DNA from: an uncultured Candidatus Saccharibacteria bacterium
Lineage (GTDB): Bacteria; Patescibacteriota; Saccharimonadia; Saccharimonadales; CAYVSP01
Direction of reading: 5' to 3'
Length of the DNA stretch: 64,000 nt
Assembly (NCBI GenBank): GCA_964584265.1
Contig: CAZOZI010000001.1
Location: 75,691 to 139,690 of the forward strand
Position numbers and translations under genes: made by a program. The notes below the pieces were generated by a model. That model was not told the DNA's origin. It made no database searches and saw nothing but the letters and a program-made list of their open reading frames with translations. Shown piece after piece: positions 26,322 through 35,138 of this stretch (its first letter is position 1; each line of letters begins with the position of its first letter).

Positions 26322-26350
26322 AATGTACACTCGCAAAAAGGACTTGTCAA
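26322..26350 (-). promoter_or_regulatory. Putative sigma-70-type promoter (minus strand)
   Basis: TTGACA (26350-26345), 17-nt spacer, TACATT (26327-26322). Confidence 0.45.
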
Positions 26351-26383
26351 CGCTTTTATTTGGTTGTAACGTAGTAGTGATAT

Positions 26384-26521
26384 GGCTTTAAACGCATTGA
26401 AGCAATTAGGACTCCTCCTCGGCCTTACAGGGCTGTGCTTCAGTATGGTTGAAGCCTGAGCGTTTAAACGCCTTAGCACAGCCCAAGCAACAGGCTTCAC
26501 CCAAGAAGTCTGTTTTAATTT
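26384..26521 (+). promoter_or_regulatory. Structured leader with mutually exclusive helices upstream of the 79-aa ORF
   Basis: 10-bp helix GGGCUGUGCU (26430-26439) / AGCACAGCCC (26475-26484). Hairpin GCUUCA/UGAAGC (26437-26455). Palindrome GCGUUUAAACGC (26460-26471). UGAAGCCUG (26450-26458) pairs alternatively with CAGGCUUCA (26491-26499). Weak terminator-like GGCUUC/GAAGUC plus a U-rich tract (26493-26521). Confidence 0.35.
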
Positions 26522-26534
26522 AAAGGAGAAAGTG

Positions 26535-26771
26535 ATGTCTGAAAGTAACGAAGTTTATGCAAGAACTGTAGGTGAAGGTGATGATAGTGGTATTTATATA
26601 GTCCAAACTCCTGAAGGAATTTCAGTTGAGTACCAACCCCATAAAACATGCCCTGCTAAATCGATGCAAATATTCAGGGAGGTAGAAGTTCATCCCGTAC
26701 CTGATGCAGGTCAAGTAGAAGCCACTATTATAGTGAAGGTTCCGGTCGTAGATCGTAATCTGCCAGCTTGA
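26535..26771 (+). CDS. Hypothetical protein (78 aa)
   Basis: AAGGAG at 26523-26528, 6 nt before the ATG at 26535 (a GTG at 26532 is also in frame). No homology recognised. Confidence 0.5.
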   Translation: MSESNEVYARTVGEGDDSGIYIVQTPEGISVEYQPHKTCPAKSMQIFREVEVHPVPDAGQVEATIIVKVPVVDRNLPA

Positions 26772-26794
26772 CTTAACAGAGATAGTCATATAAT
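26768..26794 (+). promoter_or_regulatory. Putative promoter for rplJ-rplL
   Basis: TTGACT (26768-26773) and TATAAT (26789-26794), both near-consensus, but the spacer is only 15 nt. Confidence 0.35.
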
Positions 26795-26800
26795 ATCTAT

Positions 26801-26972
26801 CTGTTACCAAAGACAGTGACGGCCGAGAGGTTTGATAATGTCACCGAGGTGCATACAATTCATTTTGTTTTGTGAGCACAACTGAAGCTTCTGGTAACAG
26901 GAGCTTTTTGGTTACAAGACAGTAATTTTGGTCGAGAATTCCTGTCTCAACTCATAAAAGGAGAAGTCAAAC
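26801..26972 (+). promoter_or_regulatory. rplJ (L10) 5' leader with internal terminator-like hairpin
   Basis: About 170 nt untranslated leader. Hairpin GUGAC...GUCAC (26816-26844 region). AGCUUCU-GGUAAC-AGGAGCU followed by UUUU (26886-26909) looks like an attenuator. AAAGGAG SD lies before the ATG at 26973. Confidence 0.5.
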
Positions 26973-27503
26973 ATGGCTTTGACCAAAGAAAAGAAGCATG
27001 AAGTCGTTGATGAAGTCAGCAAGTTGCTGAGCGACTCTAAAATGACAGTGCTGGCCCAATATCAGGGAACCCCTGTGAAGGCTATGCAAACCTTACGGCA
27101 TGACGCCAAAGCAGGTGGTACGGTTGTAAAAGTAGTTAAGAACCGCTTGGTTTTGCAAGCTATTAAGCAATCTGAGGTTTTTAAAGACGTGGATGCGAAT
27201 GTATTTAATGGCATGTTACTCTACGCTTTTAACGCAAACGATGAAGTTGCACCAGCCCAGGTGCTGGCTGCTTTTGCCAAAACTCAACCATCACTACAGT
27301 TCGTTGGAGCACTGACAGCTGAAGGCGAGCTACTAAGCGCTGACGATGTTAAAGCATTAGCTAGCTTGCCGCCCAAAGAACAGTTGCGCGGTCAAGTAGT
27401 CGGAATTTTGGCAGCACCACTGAGCGGTTTTGTTAGCGTGTTATCCGGCAATATACGCGGAGTTCTGAGCGTCTTGCAAGCCCGTAGTGAAGCAATAAGT
27501 TAA
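26973..27503 (+). CDS. rplJ: 50S ribosomal protein L10
   Basis: 176 aa. Typical L10 N-terminus [19 protein letters not shown]...[13 protein letters not shown]. Precedes rplL. Confidence 0.95.
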   Translation: MALTKEKKHEVVDEVSKLLSDSKMTVLAQYQGTPVKAMQTLRHDAKAGGTVVKVVKNRLVLQAIKQSEVFKDVDANVFNGMLLYAFNANDEVAPAQVLAAFAKTQPSLQFVGALTAEGELLSADDVKALASLPPKEQLRGQVVGILAAPLSGFVSVLSGNIRGVLSVLQARSEAIS

Positions 27504-27517
27504 GAAAGGAACAAATT

Positions 27518-28033
27518 ATGGCAGACGAAGAAGCAAAGTCCAGCACCGAGACGGCTACAGCCGAATCTGGTGCTGCGGTAAAGACAGAAGCTCCAGCTGA
27601 GGAAAAAGCTGAAGCTAAAGAAGATAAGAAAAGCAAAAAAGTTTCAGTTCCTAAGGAATTTGAAAAGCTCGTAGGCGAGTTAGATAAGATGAGTGCACTA
27701 GAAATCAGCAAATTTGTTAAGTTTCTTGAGGAGTACTGGGGTGTAAGCGCAGCTGCTCCTACAGTTGCTGTTGCGGCTGTTCCTGGCGGTGGTGGTGATG
27801 CTGCCCCAGCCGAAGAAGTCAAGAGCGAATACGATGTTGTACTTAAGGATGCTGGCGCTCAAAAAGTTGCTGTCATCAAGGCAGTCAAGGATATAACTAA
27901 CCTCGGACTTGGCGAAGCCAAAGCTCTCGTAGACGGTGCTCCAAAGACCGTGCTTGAAAAGGCCAAGAAAGAAGACGCCGAGAGCGCTAAAAAGACGCTT
28001 GAAGAAGCCGGCGCCACAGTAGAGCTGGGCTAA
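27518..28033 (+). CDS. rplL: 50S ribosomal protein L7/L12 with ~43-aa acidic/Lys-rich N-terminal extension
   Basis: 171 aa. C-terminal domain [39 protein letters not shown]...[10 protein letters not shown]. The canonical N-domain starts near aa 44. Confidence 0.95.
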   Translation: MADEEAKSSTETATAESGAAVKTEAPAEEKAEAKEDKKSKKVSVPKEFEKLVGELDKMSALEISKFVKFLEEYWGVSAAAPTVAVAAVPGGGGDAAPAEEVKSEYDVVLKDAGAQKVAVIKAVKDITNLGLGEAKALVDGAPKTVLEKAKKEDAESAKKTLEEAGATVELG

Positions 28034-28057
28034 AGCCACAAAGATCTACGGTCTTAT

Positions 28058-28090
28058 AAATACTCGTCAAATGTCGGCGAGTATTTATTT
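28058..28090 (+). terminator. Rho-independent terminator after rplL
   Basis: AAATACTCGTC-AAATGTC-GGCGAGTATTT hairpin followed by a T-rich tract (ATTTAT). Confidence 0.6.
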
Positions 28091-28188
28091 ATCCACAACT
28101 AGGTGCTTGATTTTTTGACTTGGGCTCTAACCCGTGGTACCGTATGGCCAGAAAGTGTATCAAATAAACACTTAGAGAGATTACAGAG

Positions 28189-28698
28189 ATGGCAGATGTA
28201 CCAGATAAGCAGATAAAACGCCTTCGGGCGCTGATTGAAGAAGCCGAGACTAGTTTAGCGGCAGCTAAGGAGTTGCTGGTAAGTTTGGTTGGCGAAGATT
28301 CACAAGATGTCGCCAGCACTAAAGACGAGAATATCGGCAAGGTTATTGAAGGCGTCTTCGATGGCCAGAACATGGTCGGATCAGACAGTAAGACCTACCC
28401 AGTACCAGCCAATTATGCAAGTAAGTCCAAGCTAGTCCAAGGCGACATACTCAAACTCACTATTGCTGAGGATGGGGCATTTCTGTACAAGCAAATCGGC
28501 CCGATCCCACGCAAACAAGTTGTCGGTGTACTGGAACAAAAAGATGGCCATTACTTTGTGCACGTTAATGATAAACAATACCGTGTTTTGCTTGCCAGCG
28601 TAACCTATTTCAAGGCCAAACCAGGCGATCAGGTCAGTGTCAACGTTCCGGAAGACGATGACAAAGCCGAGTGGGCCGCCCTTGAAGCCGCCCTCTAA
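28189..28698 (+). CDS. Hypothetical protein (169 aa; coiled N-terminus, beta-rich C-terminus)
   Basis: ORF with a GAGAGA-type SD. No motif I can name. Confidence 0.55.
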   Translation: MADVPDKQIKRLRALIEEAETSLAAAKELLVSLVGEDSQDVASTKDENIGKVIEGVFDGQNMVGSDSKTYPVPANYASKSKLVQGDILKLTIAEDGAFLYKQIGPIPRKQVVGVLEQKDGHYFVHVNDKQYRVLLASVTYFKAKPGDQVSVNVPEDDDKAEWAALEAAL

Positions 28699-28700
28699 AT

Positions 28701-28997
28701 ATGCGCCGAACAATTCTTAAATTACCCAGATTACTTCTAACGATTGTCGGATTAGCACTAGTTACAGCACTTGTACTTAGCCAGGTGCTCCCTTTTAGCT
28801 CTAAGACTGGAGCTTCTTTCGACTATCTATCTGGGCTCTGCGAGCCCGGACACCAGAACGACGGGCCAAATGTGCACAAATTTCATTTGTCTAAGGGAGA
28901 GTACAATTTGTATCGGCGGTACTCTAGTGATCTCGATAGTTCTCAAAATCAGAATATAGCAAAATGCCAGCTCGACCGCGCTGAATTGCTCTTGTAA
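28701..28997 (+). CDS. Hypothetical exported/membrane-anchored protein (98 aa)
   Basis: N-terminal hydrophobic segment LLLTIVGLALVTALVLSQVL. Starts 2 nt after the upstream stop. Confidence 0.45.
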   Translation: MRRTILKLPRLLLTIVGLALVTALVLSQVLPFSSKTGASFDYLSGLCEPGHQNDGPNVHKFHLSKGEYNLYRRYSSDLDSSQNQNIAKCQLDRAELLL

Positions 28998-29046
28998 ATT
29001 AGACATTCGAATATATACCGTGCAAGGATTATAATCTATATCTACG

Positions 29047-30474
29047 ATGGGGAAGGCGCTTTATAGAAAATACCGTTCAAAATCACTTGATGAGATTGTT
29101 GGCCAAAAACACATTACACAAACGCTGACGAACGCTCTAAAAAATGGCCAGATTAGCCACGCCTACCTGTTCACTGGGCCTCGGGGGGTCGGAAAAACTA
29201 GCGTGGCACGTATTCTAGCTCATGCGGTCAACAATTTGCCATATACCCACGAGAACAACCACATAGACATTATCGAGATCGATGCGGCCAGTAATCGCCG
29301 GATTGACGAAATTCGCGATCTACGCGACAAGGTGAATATCACACCTACAAGCGCAAAGTATAAGGTGTATATAATTGATGAAGTTCATATGCTCACGCGC
29401 GAGGCCTTCAATGCTCTTCTAAAGACACTTGAAGAGCCACCGGACCATGTCATCTTTATTTTAGCCACGACCGAAGCTCACAAACTGCCAGAGACCATTG
29501 TGAGTCGTACGCAGCGTTTCAGCTTTAAACCAATTAACGAAGATGAAGCGGTGGCGCACCTACGAACCATCGCCAAAACAGAAAACATTACGATTGATGA
29601 CCAAGCTTTGCAACTGATTGCTCAGCATGGTAGTGGCAGTTTCCGCGATAGCATCAGCTTGCTTGATCAAGCCAGCAACCTCGCTAAAAAAATTGAACTA
29701 GCCGATATTGAGCATTTGCTCGGCATTGCACCTGAGACGGCCGTTGATCAACTAAAACTAGCTTTGACGAGCAGAACGCCCAAAGAAGTTGTGCAAGCTC
29801 TCGCACAATTAAAAGAGCAAGGCTACCAGTCAGCTTCTATTGCTAAACAGCTAGCCGCTAGCTTGCGCAGCGATCTTTTGGCGGAAACAACAACTTTGCC
29901 CACAGAAACAACTACCGTTCTGCTTGGACAACTTTTATCTGTGCCATCAGCCCATGACCCAGACAGCTTTTTAGAGCTAACCCTGCTTGCTGTAGCCTTA
30001 GAAGGAAATAATCACAAGCGCACTGAAAAAGACACCGTAAATGAAACGGCACCAACCACGCCTAAGATCGATAAGCCATCAGAGGCAAAACCAGCTCCAC
30101 CGGTTAACCATGCCAAACGTTCGACAAAAACAAACTATGAATCAGTTGAGGCAGCGTGGCCAAGCATACTGGCCACGCTCAAAGATCGCCATAATACGCT
30201 GTATAGTGTGGTGCGGATGGCAGAACCTGAGTGGAGTGAAGACCAAATAGTGTTAAAGTTTGCTTTCCCTTTTCATCAAAAACGCTTGCAGGAAGCAAAA
30301 AACCAACAGGTATTGCTTGATATCATTAGTGAACTAACTGGCCAACAACTTAGCATAAAAGCGGTTATTGACAATAAGGAAATGGCGCCTTCTAAAAATG
30401 ACATTGAATCCAAGACTGAAGTACCCGTAGATAACATTAGCAATATTTTTGGCTCAGTTGAGATGCTAGACTAG
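29047..30474 (+). CDS. dnaX: DNA polymerase III subunit gamma/tau
   Basis: 475 aa. YRKYRSKSLDEIVGQKHI, Walker A GPRGVGKTS, Walker B-type IIDEVHML, and SRTQRF sensor motif. Confidence 0.9.
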   Translation: MGKALYRKYRSKSLDEIVGQKHITQTLTNALKNGQISHAYLFTGPRGVGKTSVARILAHAVNNLPYTHENNHIDIIEIDAASNRRIDEIRDLRDKVNITPTSAKYKVYIIDEVHMLTREAFNALLKTLEEPPDHVIFILATTEAHKLPETIVSRTQRFSFKPINEDEAVAHLRTIAKTENITIDDQALQLIAQHGSGSFRDSISLLDQASNLAKKIELADIEHLLGIAPETAVDQLKLALTSRTPKEVVQALAQLKEQGYQSASIAKQLAASLRSDLLAETTTLPTETTTVLLGQLLSVPSAHDPDSFLELTLLAVALEGNNHKRTEKDTVNETAPTTPKIDKPSEAKPAPPVNHAKRSTKTNYESVEAAWPSILATLKDRHNTLYSVVRMAEPEWSEDQIVLKFAFPFHQKRLQEAKNQQVLLDIISELTGQQLSIKAVIDNKEMAPSKNDIESKTEVPVDNISNIFGSVEMLD

Positions 30475-30496
30475 AAGGTACTCATGCGGAGGGCTA

Positions 30497-31870
30497 ATGA
30501 TGGAACCAGATGACTTAAAAGGCGGTAAACTACCCCCTCAGAATGTTGAGGCGGAAGCTAGCCTTTTAGGTGCTCTATTGATTGACTCAGACGCTGTCGT
30601 CAAAGTGGCCGATAGCATTGGATCCAAAGACTTCTACGATGAGCGTCATCAACATATTTATGAAGCCATTCGACAATTGTATGAAAAACATAGCCCTATT
30701 GATGTATTGACTCTGTCTGATCAACTCAAAGCCAATGGTTTACTGGAAACGGTAGGTGGCGCCAGTTATTTGACGGAACTGACCAATTTTGTACCCACAG
30801 CAGCACACGTCGAGCAATACGCAGAGATAGTTTCCCAAAAAGCTCTAAGACGCCGATTGATTAAAATCTCGGGCAATATAGCTGAACTGGGCTATGATGA
30901 GGGTCGTAATCTCCATGAGCTGATTGAAGAGGCCGAAAGCCGCCTCTTTGATGTCAGCCAGCGCCATATTAAACAAGACATCATAAGCCTGGAAACTATT
31001 CTAACTGAGAGTTTTGATCGCTTAGACGAGCTGCATAAGGATAAAGGCAAGATCCGGGGGGTACCTACTGGTTATAAGGACATGGATCAAGTACTGGCTG
31101 GCCTGCAACGTTCTGACTTGTTCGTTCTAGCCGCACGACCATCAATGGGAAAAACGGCTTTGGCACTCAATATTGCGCATAACGTAGCATTGCAAGCTGA
31201 GCTGCCAGTGTTGATTTTTAGCCTAGAAATGAGCAAAGAACAGCTGGTAGATCGTATGCTGGCCATGGAATCAGGTGTAGATGCGTGGGCTTTGCGTACT
31301 GGCAACCTTACAGACAGCGATTTTGAAAAAATTGGCCAAGCCATGGGTAGCTTGAGCGAAGCAAAGATATATATTGACGACACACCGAGCATCACTGTTA
31401 GTGATTTGCGCACCAAAGCCAGACGCGAGGCTCATAAGCAGCCTTTAGGACTGATTATCGTTGATTACTTGCAACTAATGAGCGGAGGTTCACGCTTTAG
31501 CGGAGAAGGTAACCGTGTGCAGGAGATATCGGAAATCTCAAGAGGCTTAAAGGGCATCGCCCGCGAACTGAATGTGCCATTGATGGCATTGAGCCAATTG
31601 AGCCGTTCAGTTGAGAGCCGCAGCCCACAAATTCCCCAGTTGGCCGACTTACGCGAATCGGGTTCAATTGAACAAGATGCTGACGTAGTCGCCTTTATTT
31701 ACCGCGAAGAGTACTATAATCCCGATACCGATCGCAAGAACATAACAGATATCTTCATTAAAAAACACCGCAATGGACCTATTGGCAATATTGAACTGTA
31801 TTTTGATAGAGACAAACAGCGTTTTCGCACCCTTGATGTTAAGCACGCCGAGCCGTTTGCGAATGTCTAG
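30497..31870 (+). CDS. dnaB: Replicative DNA helicase DnaB
   Basis: 457 aa. PPQNVEAEASLLGALL N-terminus, Walker A ARPSMGKTALALNIA, and LMALSQLSR / SGSIEQDADVV motifs. Confidence 0.95.
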   Translation: MMEPDDLKGGKLPPQNVEAEASLLGALLIDSDAVVKVADSIGSKDFYDERHQHIYEAIRQLYEKHSPIDVLTLSDQLKANGLLETVGGASYLTELTNFVPTAAHVEQYAEIVSQKALRRRLIKISGNIAELGYDEGRNLHELIEEAESRLFDVSQRHIKQDIISLETILTESFDRLDELHKDKGKIRGVPTGYKDMDQVLAGLQRSDLFVLAARPSMGKTALALNIAHNVALQAELPVLIFSLEMSKEQLVDRMLAMESGVDAWALRTGNLTDSDFEKIGQAMGSLSEAKIYIDDTPSITVSDLRTKARREAHKQPLGLIIVDYLQLMSGGSRFSGEGNRVQEISEISRGLKGIARELNVPLMALSQLSRSVESRSPQIPQLADLRESGSIEQDADVVAFIYREEYYNPDTDRKNITDIFIKKHRNGPIGNIELYFDRDKQRFRTLDVKHAEPFANV

Positions 31871-31902
31871 GCATCTTAGCAAAAAATGCTAATGGTATAC
31901 TT

Positions 31903-33096
31903 ATGTCTAAGCTTATGAAACGTCTTCGTCGTTTTATGATGGAAGGTTGGCAGCCGATATTGTTATACGGAATAGCAATAGCTGGGCTGGTATTACTATT
32001 TATGTATAAAATTGGCAGCCTGCCAGCCGGTTTGAGCCAGAATGAGATTCAAGCGCTTGGCTCTGCTCAGACATGGCAAGCGGTGCTTAATAACCCGTTG
32101 TATGCACCACATAAAGTGCTAATATTGACACTTCAAACAATTGGCTTTCATGACAAGGCTGTCTTGCGCGGCGTTAGTGCATGCTGGGCACTTATTACCA
32201 CTGGGTTGTTTTTTAGCATTTTGAAACGCTGGTACCCTAAACGCATTGCCATCTTAGGCACACTGCTATTTACTACCTCTACCTGGTATTTGATCACGTC
32301 CCGTCTTTTGACACCAGAAATTTTACAATCCGGTGTGGTTATTTTGCTAGCTGTCGGTGGTTGGTTGCGTTATAGCCATGCACGCATTAGCCCGGTTTTG
32401 TTAGCAGTCGGTTCGGCGGCCATATTATTCTATATCCCCGGAATGCTCTGGTTACTTATTGGTGCAGCTATTTGGCAATGGCCGAATATCAAAATAGCCC
32501 TAAAGGAATCTTCGGTACTCATTGCTTTCTCACTAACACTTCTTTTTTTAATACTTATAGGACCTCTGCTTTTTGCTATCGTCAGGAACCCTTCACTAGG
32601 ACGTGAACTAGTTGGTCTGCCATCAAGCATGCCTTCTTTACAGCAAGTCATAAAGGGTTTTGTGGACATTCCTCTTGCCTTATTTTTGCGAGCGCCGCTC
32701 GATCCAGTCCATTGGCTAGGGCACTTACCGCTGCTTGATATCTTTAGCACGGTCATGTTTGGGCTTGGTTTGTATAGTTTTTACTTTCAACTTCGCCTTG
32801 ACCGCGCCAAATTATTATTTGGGGCTGGGTTTATCATAAGTGTTCTAATTGCGTTGAGCGGAACACTAACCCTGACTATGCTATTGCCGTTAGTCTACAT
32901 TGTCGTCGCTGCCGGCTTAAGCTTATTCCTGAGACAATGGCTGACTGTATTCCCACGCAACCCGTTAGCGAGAACGCTAGGATATAGCCTGCTCATTATT
33001 GTTGTTTTGGCAGCTTGTTTTTATCAAGTTAGTCGCTATTATGTTGCGTGGCAACATACCCCGGCGACAAAACAAGCCTACAGCCATACACTTTAG
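31903..33096 (+). CDS. Polytopic membrane protein (possible GT-C-type glycosyltransferase)
   Basis: 397 aa with about 10 hydrophobic segments. The family assignment is a guess from topology only. Confidence 0.4.
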   Translation: MSKLMKRLRRFMMEGWQPILLYGIAIAGLVLLFMYKIGSLPAGLSQNEIQALGSAQTWQAVLNNPLYAPHKVLILTLQTIGFHDKAVLRGVSACWALITTGLFFSILKRWYPKRIAILGTLLFTTSTWYLITSRLLTPEILQSGVVILLAVGGWLRYSHARISPVLLAVGSAAILFYIPGMLWLLIGAAIWQWPNIKIALKESSVLIAFSLTLLFLILIGPLLFAIVRNPSLGRELVGLPSSMPSLQQVIKGFVDIPLALFLRAPLDPVHWLGHLPLLDIFSTVMFGLGLYSFYFQLRLDRAKLLFGAGFIISVLIALSGTLTLTMLLPLVYIVVAAGLSLFLRQWLTVFPRNPLARTLGYSLLIIVVLAACFYQVSRYYVAWQHTPATKQAYSHTL

Positions 33097-33136
33097 ACCA
33101 GTAGTTTTGTTACAATACGTGCATAAGGAGAACATT

Positions 33137-33430
33137 ATGAGTCGGTTTGACCAAGCAAAAATGCTACTAAAGGTTAAAAAATTGCAAAAAGAACTACAGA
33201 AGATGGTGCTTGTAAGTGAACAAGGCGATGGTGCAGTAAAAGTAGAGATAACTGGCGAGCAAAAGATCAAAAAAATACATATTGATCCAGAGTACGTTGA
33301 TTTAGATGATATTGGCCAGTTGGAGCGCTGGATTGAAGATGCTGTCAAGGATGCTATTGCACAGAGTCAAAAAGTAGCTGCCGAGAAAATGCAGCCCATG
33401 ATGGGGGCACTGAGCGAACTTGGCCTATAA
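33137..33430 (+). CDS. ybaB: Nucleoid-associated protein YbaB/EbfC
   Basis: ATG at 33137 with AAGGAG at 33125-33130; the track start at 32999 is an upstream extension. Pattern KKLQKELQKM...GDGAVKVEITGEQKIKKIHIDPE. Precedes recR. Confidence 0.9.
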   Translation: MSRFDQAKMLLKVKKLQKELQKMVLVSEQGDGAVKVEITGEQKIKKIHIDPEYVDLDDIGQLERWIEDAVKDAIAQSQKVAAEKMQPMMGALSELGL

Positions 33431-33442
33431 CTCGAACAACGC

Positions 33443-34048
33443 ATGAATGTTTTACCACCAGCTTTGCAGGATTTGATTGAGGCGTTTGCAGCCTTGCCTG
33501 GCGTTGGTCCGCGTAGTGCCGAACGCTACGCCTATTACATGCTTAAAACGGAGCCAAGTAAGTCTAATCAGCTTGCAATGGCACTTCAAAAACTACATAA
33601 AGATATAGCTTACTGCGAGAGAACCTTTGCTTTGATTGAAAAAGGCCAGAAGTTGTCTCCGCTCTACACCGATCCTAAGCGCGATAAACAAATCATTGCC
33701 ATAGTGGCGGAACCCTTTGACATTGTTGCCTTAGAGAAAACCGGACAATTTAGTGGAACTTATCACGTGCTAGGTGGCTTGATATCGCCAATTGATGGAA
33801 TAGGTCCAGATAATCTACATGTCCGGGAATTGCTTAAGCGATTAGATGAAGATAAAGTCCACGAAGTCATTATGGCTACCAACGCTAGTGTTGAAGGAGA
33901 ATCTACGGCCCTTTATATCCAACAAGAGATTGGCAGGCGCAAAGTCAAGATAACACGCCTTGCTCGCGGGCTGCCAATTGGTGTGGACCTTGAGTATGCC
34001 GATCAAATTACGCTGACCAGAGCACTAGAAGGTAGACAACTATTATGA
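33443..34048 (+). CDS. recR: Recombination protein RecR
   Basis: 201 aa. LPGVGPRSAERYAYYML helix-hairpin-helix and Toprim region (YHVLGGLISPIDGIGP). Confidence 0.95.
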   Translation: MNVLPPALQDLIEAFAALPGVGPRSAERYAYYMLKTEPSKSNQLAMALQKLHKDIAYCERTFALIEKGQKLSPLYTDPKRDKQIIAIVAEPFDIVALEKTGQFSGTYHVLGGLISPIDGIGPDNLHVRELLKRLDEDKVHEVIMATNASVEGESTALYIQQEIGRRKVKITRLARGLPIGVDLEYADQITLTRALEGRQLL

Positions 34049-35049
34049 AAGTAGCTCCTGAAGCACACAAACTCAATGAGCTCATAGCGCAGGCTACTCG
34101 CATCGTCATCCTACAGGCCGATAATCCAGATGCTGACAGTTTGGCAAGCGCGCTGGCACTTGAGCAAATTTTGCATGAGATGAGTAAAGAGCCGTCTTTG
34201 TATTGTGGCGTTGAAATTCCATCGTACCTTCATTACTTAGCTGGCTGGGACCGAGTCAGCAAAGACCTACCACCTAAGTTTGACATGAGCATCATCGTCG
34301 ATACCAGTGCCGACAGCTTATTTGGATCGCTTGAGAAATCTCATCAAAAACAATGGGTTGCTTCTAGGCCGTGCATTGTGATTGACCACCATGAAGTTGA
34401 AGCCAGTATTGCGTTTGCAACTATTGTTTGGAACAAACCAGCAGTAGCCACTGGTGAAGTCATTTATGAACTATCACGGGCTTTAAAGTGGCCATTGAAT
34501 AAAGTAGCCAGCGAAATGCTGGCAGCATCAATTATGGCTGATAGTTTAGGACTAAGCAGTGAAGGCGTCACTGCCCGTAGCGTCGAAATTTTAGCTGAGC
34601 TGGTAAAAGCCGGAGTCAGTTTGGCTAAGCTGGATAATAATCGGCGTGAGCTAATGAGAAAATCACCAGAACTGCTTAACTACAAAGGAACGTTGCTGCA
34701 GCGCATTGAATACGCCGATAATAACCGTATTGCTATGATTACGATTCCGTGGGAAGAGATTGAGAAGTACAGCCCACTGTACAATCCGCCAATGCTCATA
34801 ATGGATGATATGCGCATGGGTGAGGGAACTGATGTCGCTATCGCCTTTAAATTATACAAAGACAAGGTAACTGCCAAAATTAGAGCTAACTATGGCAAAG
34901 CTGTAGCGGGCAAGTTGGCAGAGCACTTTGGTGGTGGTGGCCATCCTTACGCTAGCGGCTTTAAAATAACCGATGGTCGCACTTTTGACGAAATAAAATC
35001 AGAAACTATTGCGGTAGCAACTGAATTGCTTGATAATTTGGCTGATTAA
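34045..35049 (+). CDS. DHH/DHHA1-family phosphoesterase (NrnA-like)
   Basis: 334 aa. DHH motifs DADSLASA and VIDHHE, plus DHHA1 motif GGGGHPYASGF. Confidence 0.8.
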   Translation: MKVAPEAHKLNELIAQATRIVILQADNPDADSLASALALEQILHEMSKEPSLYCGVEIPSYLHYLAGWDRVSKDLPPKFDMSIIVDTSADSLFGSLEKSHQKQWVASRPCIVIDHHEVEASIAFATIVWNKPAVATGEVIYELSRALKWPLNKVASEMLAASIMADSLGLSSEGVTARSVEILAELVKAGVSLAKLDNNRRELMRKSPELLNYKGTLLQRIEYADNNRIAMITIPWEEIEKYSPLYNPPMLIMDDMRMGEGTDVAIAFKLYKDKVTAKIRANYGKAVAGKLAEHFGGGGHPYASGFKITDGRTFDEIKSETIAVATELLDNLAD

Positions 35050-35138
35050 GGAAAATTATACGATGAGCCTAAGAAGTCAAGCTTACGAAATACATAGACT
35101 TCCTAGCGTGAAGCAATATACACTTGAAAAAGAAAAAA

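Noticed and set aside
26430-26484. An SRP (4.5S) RNA-like string on the minus strand: UCAGG...GAAGCACAGCC...AAGGC resembles the E. coli helix-8 sequence CAGG...GGAAGCAGCCAAGGCAG.
   Set aside because: The apical part would be a 6-bp stem with a 7-nt loop. The conserved short stem capped by a GNRA tetraloop is missing, and the symmetric and asymmetric loop geometry cannot be reproduced. I treat the region as a leader or unknown structured RNA instead.
29683-29700. An A7 run in dnaX (GCT AAA AAA ATT GAA). A -1 slip would read AAA AAA AAU UGA and terminate, reminiscent of the E. coli tau/gamma frameshift.
   Set aside because: The truncated product would be only about 215 aa and would lack domain III, which is needed for clamp-loader assembly. 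The heptamer is not a clean X XXY YYZ site in this frame, and no downstream stimulatory hairpin is evident.
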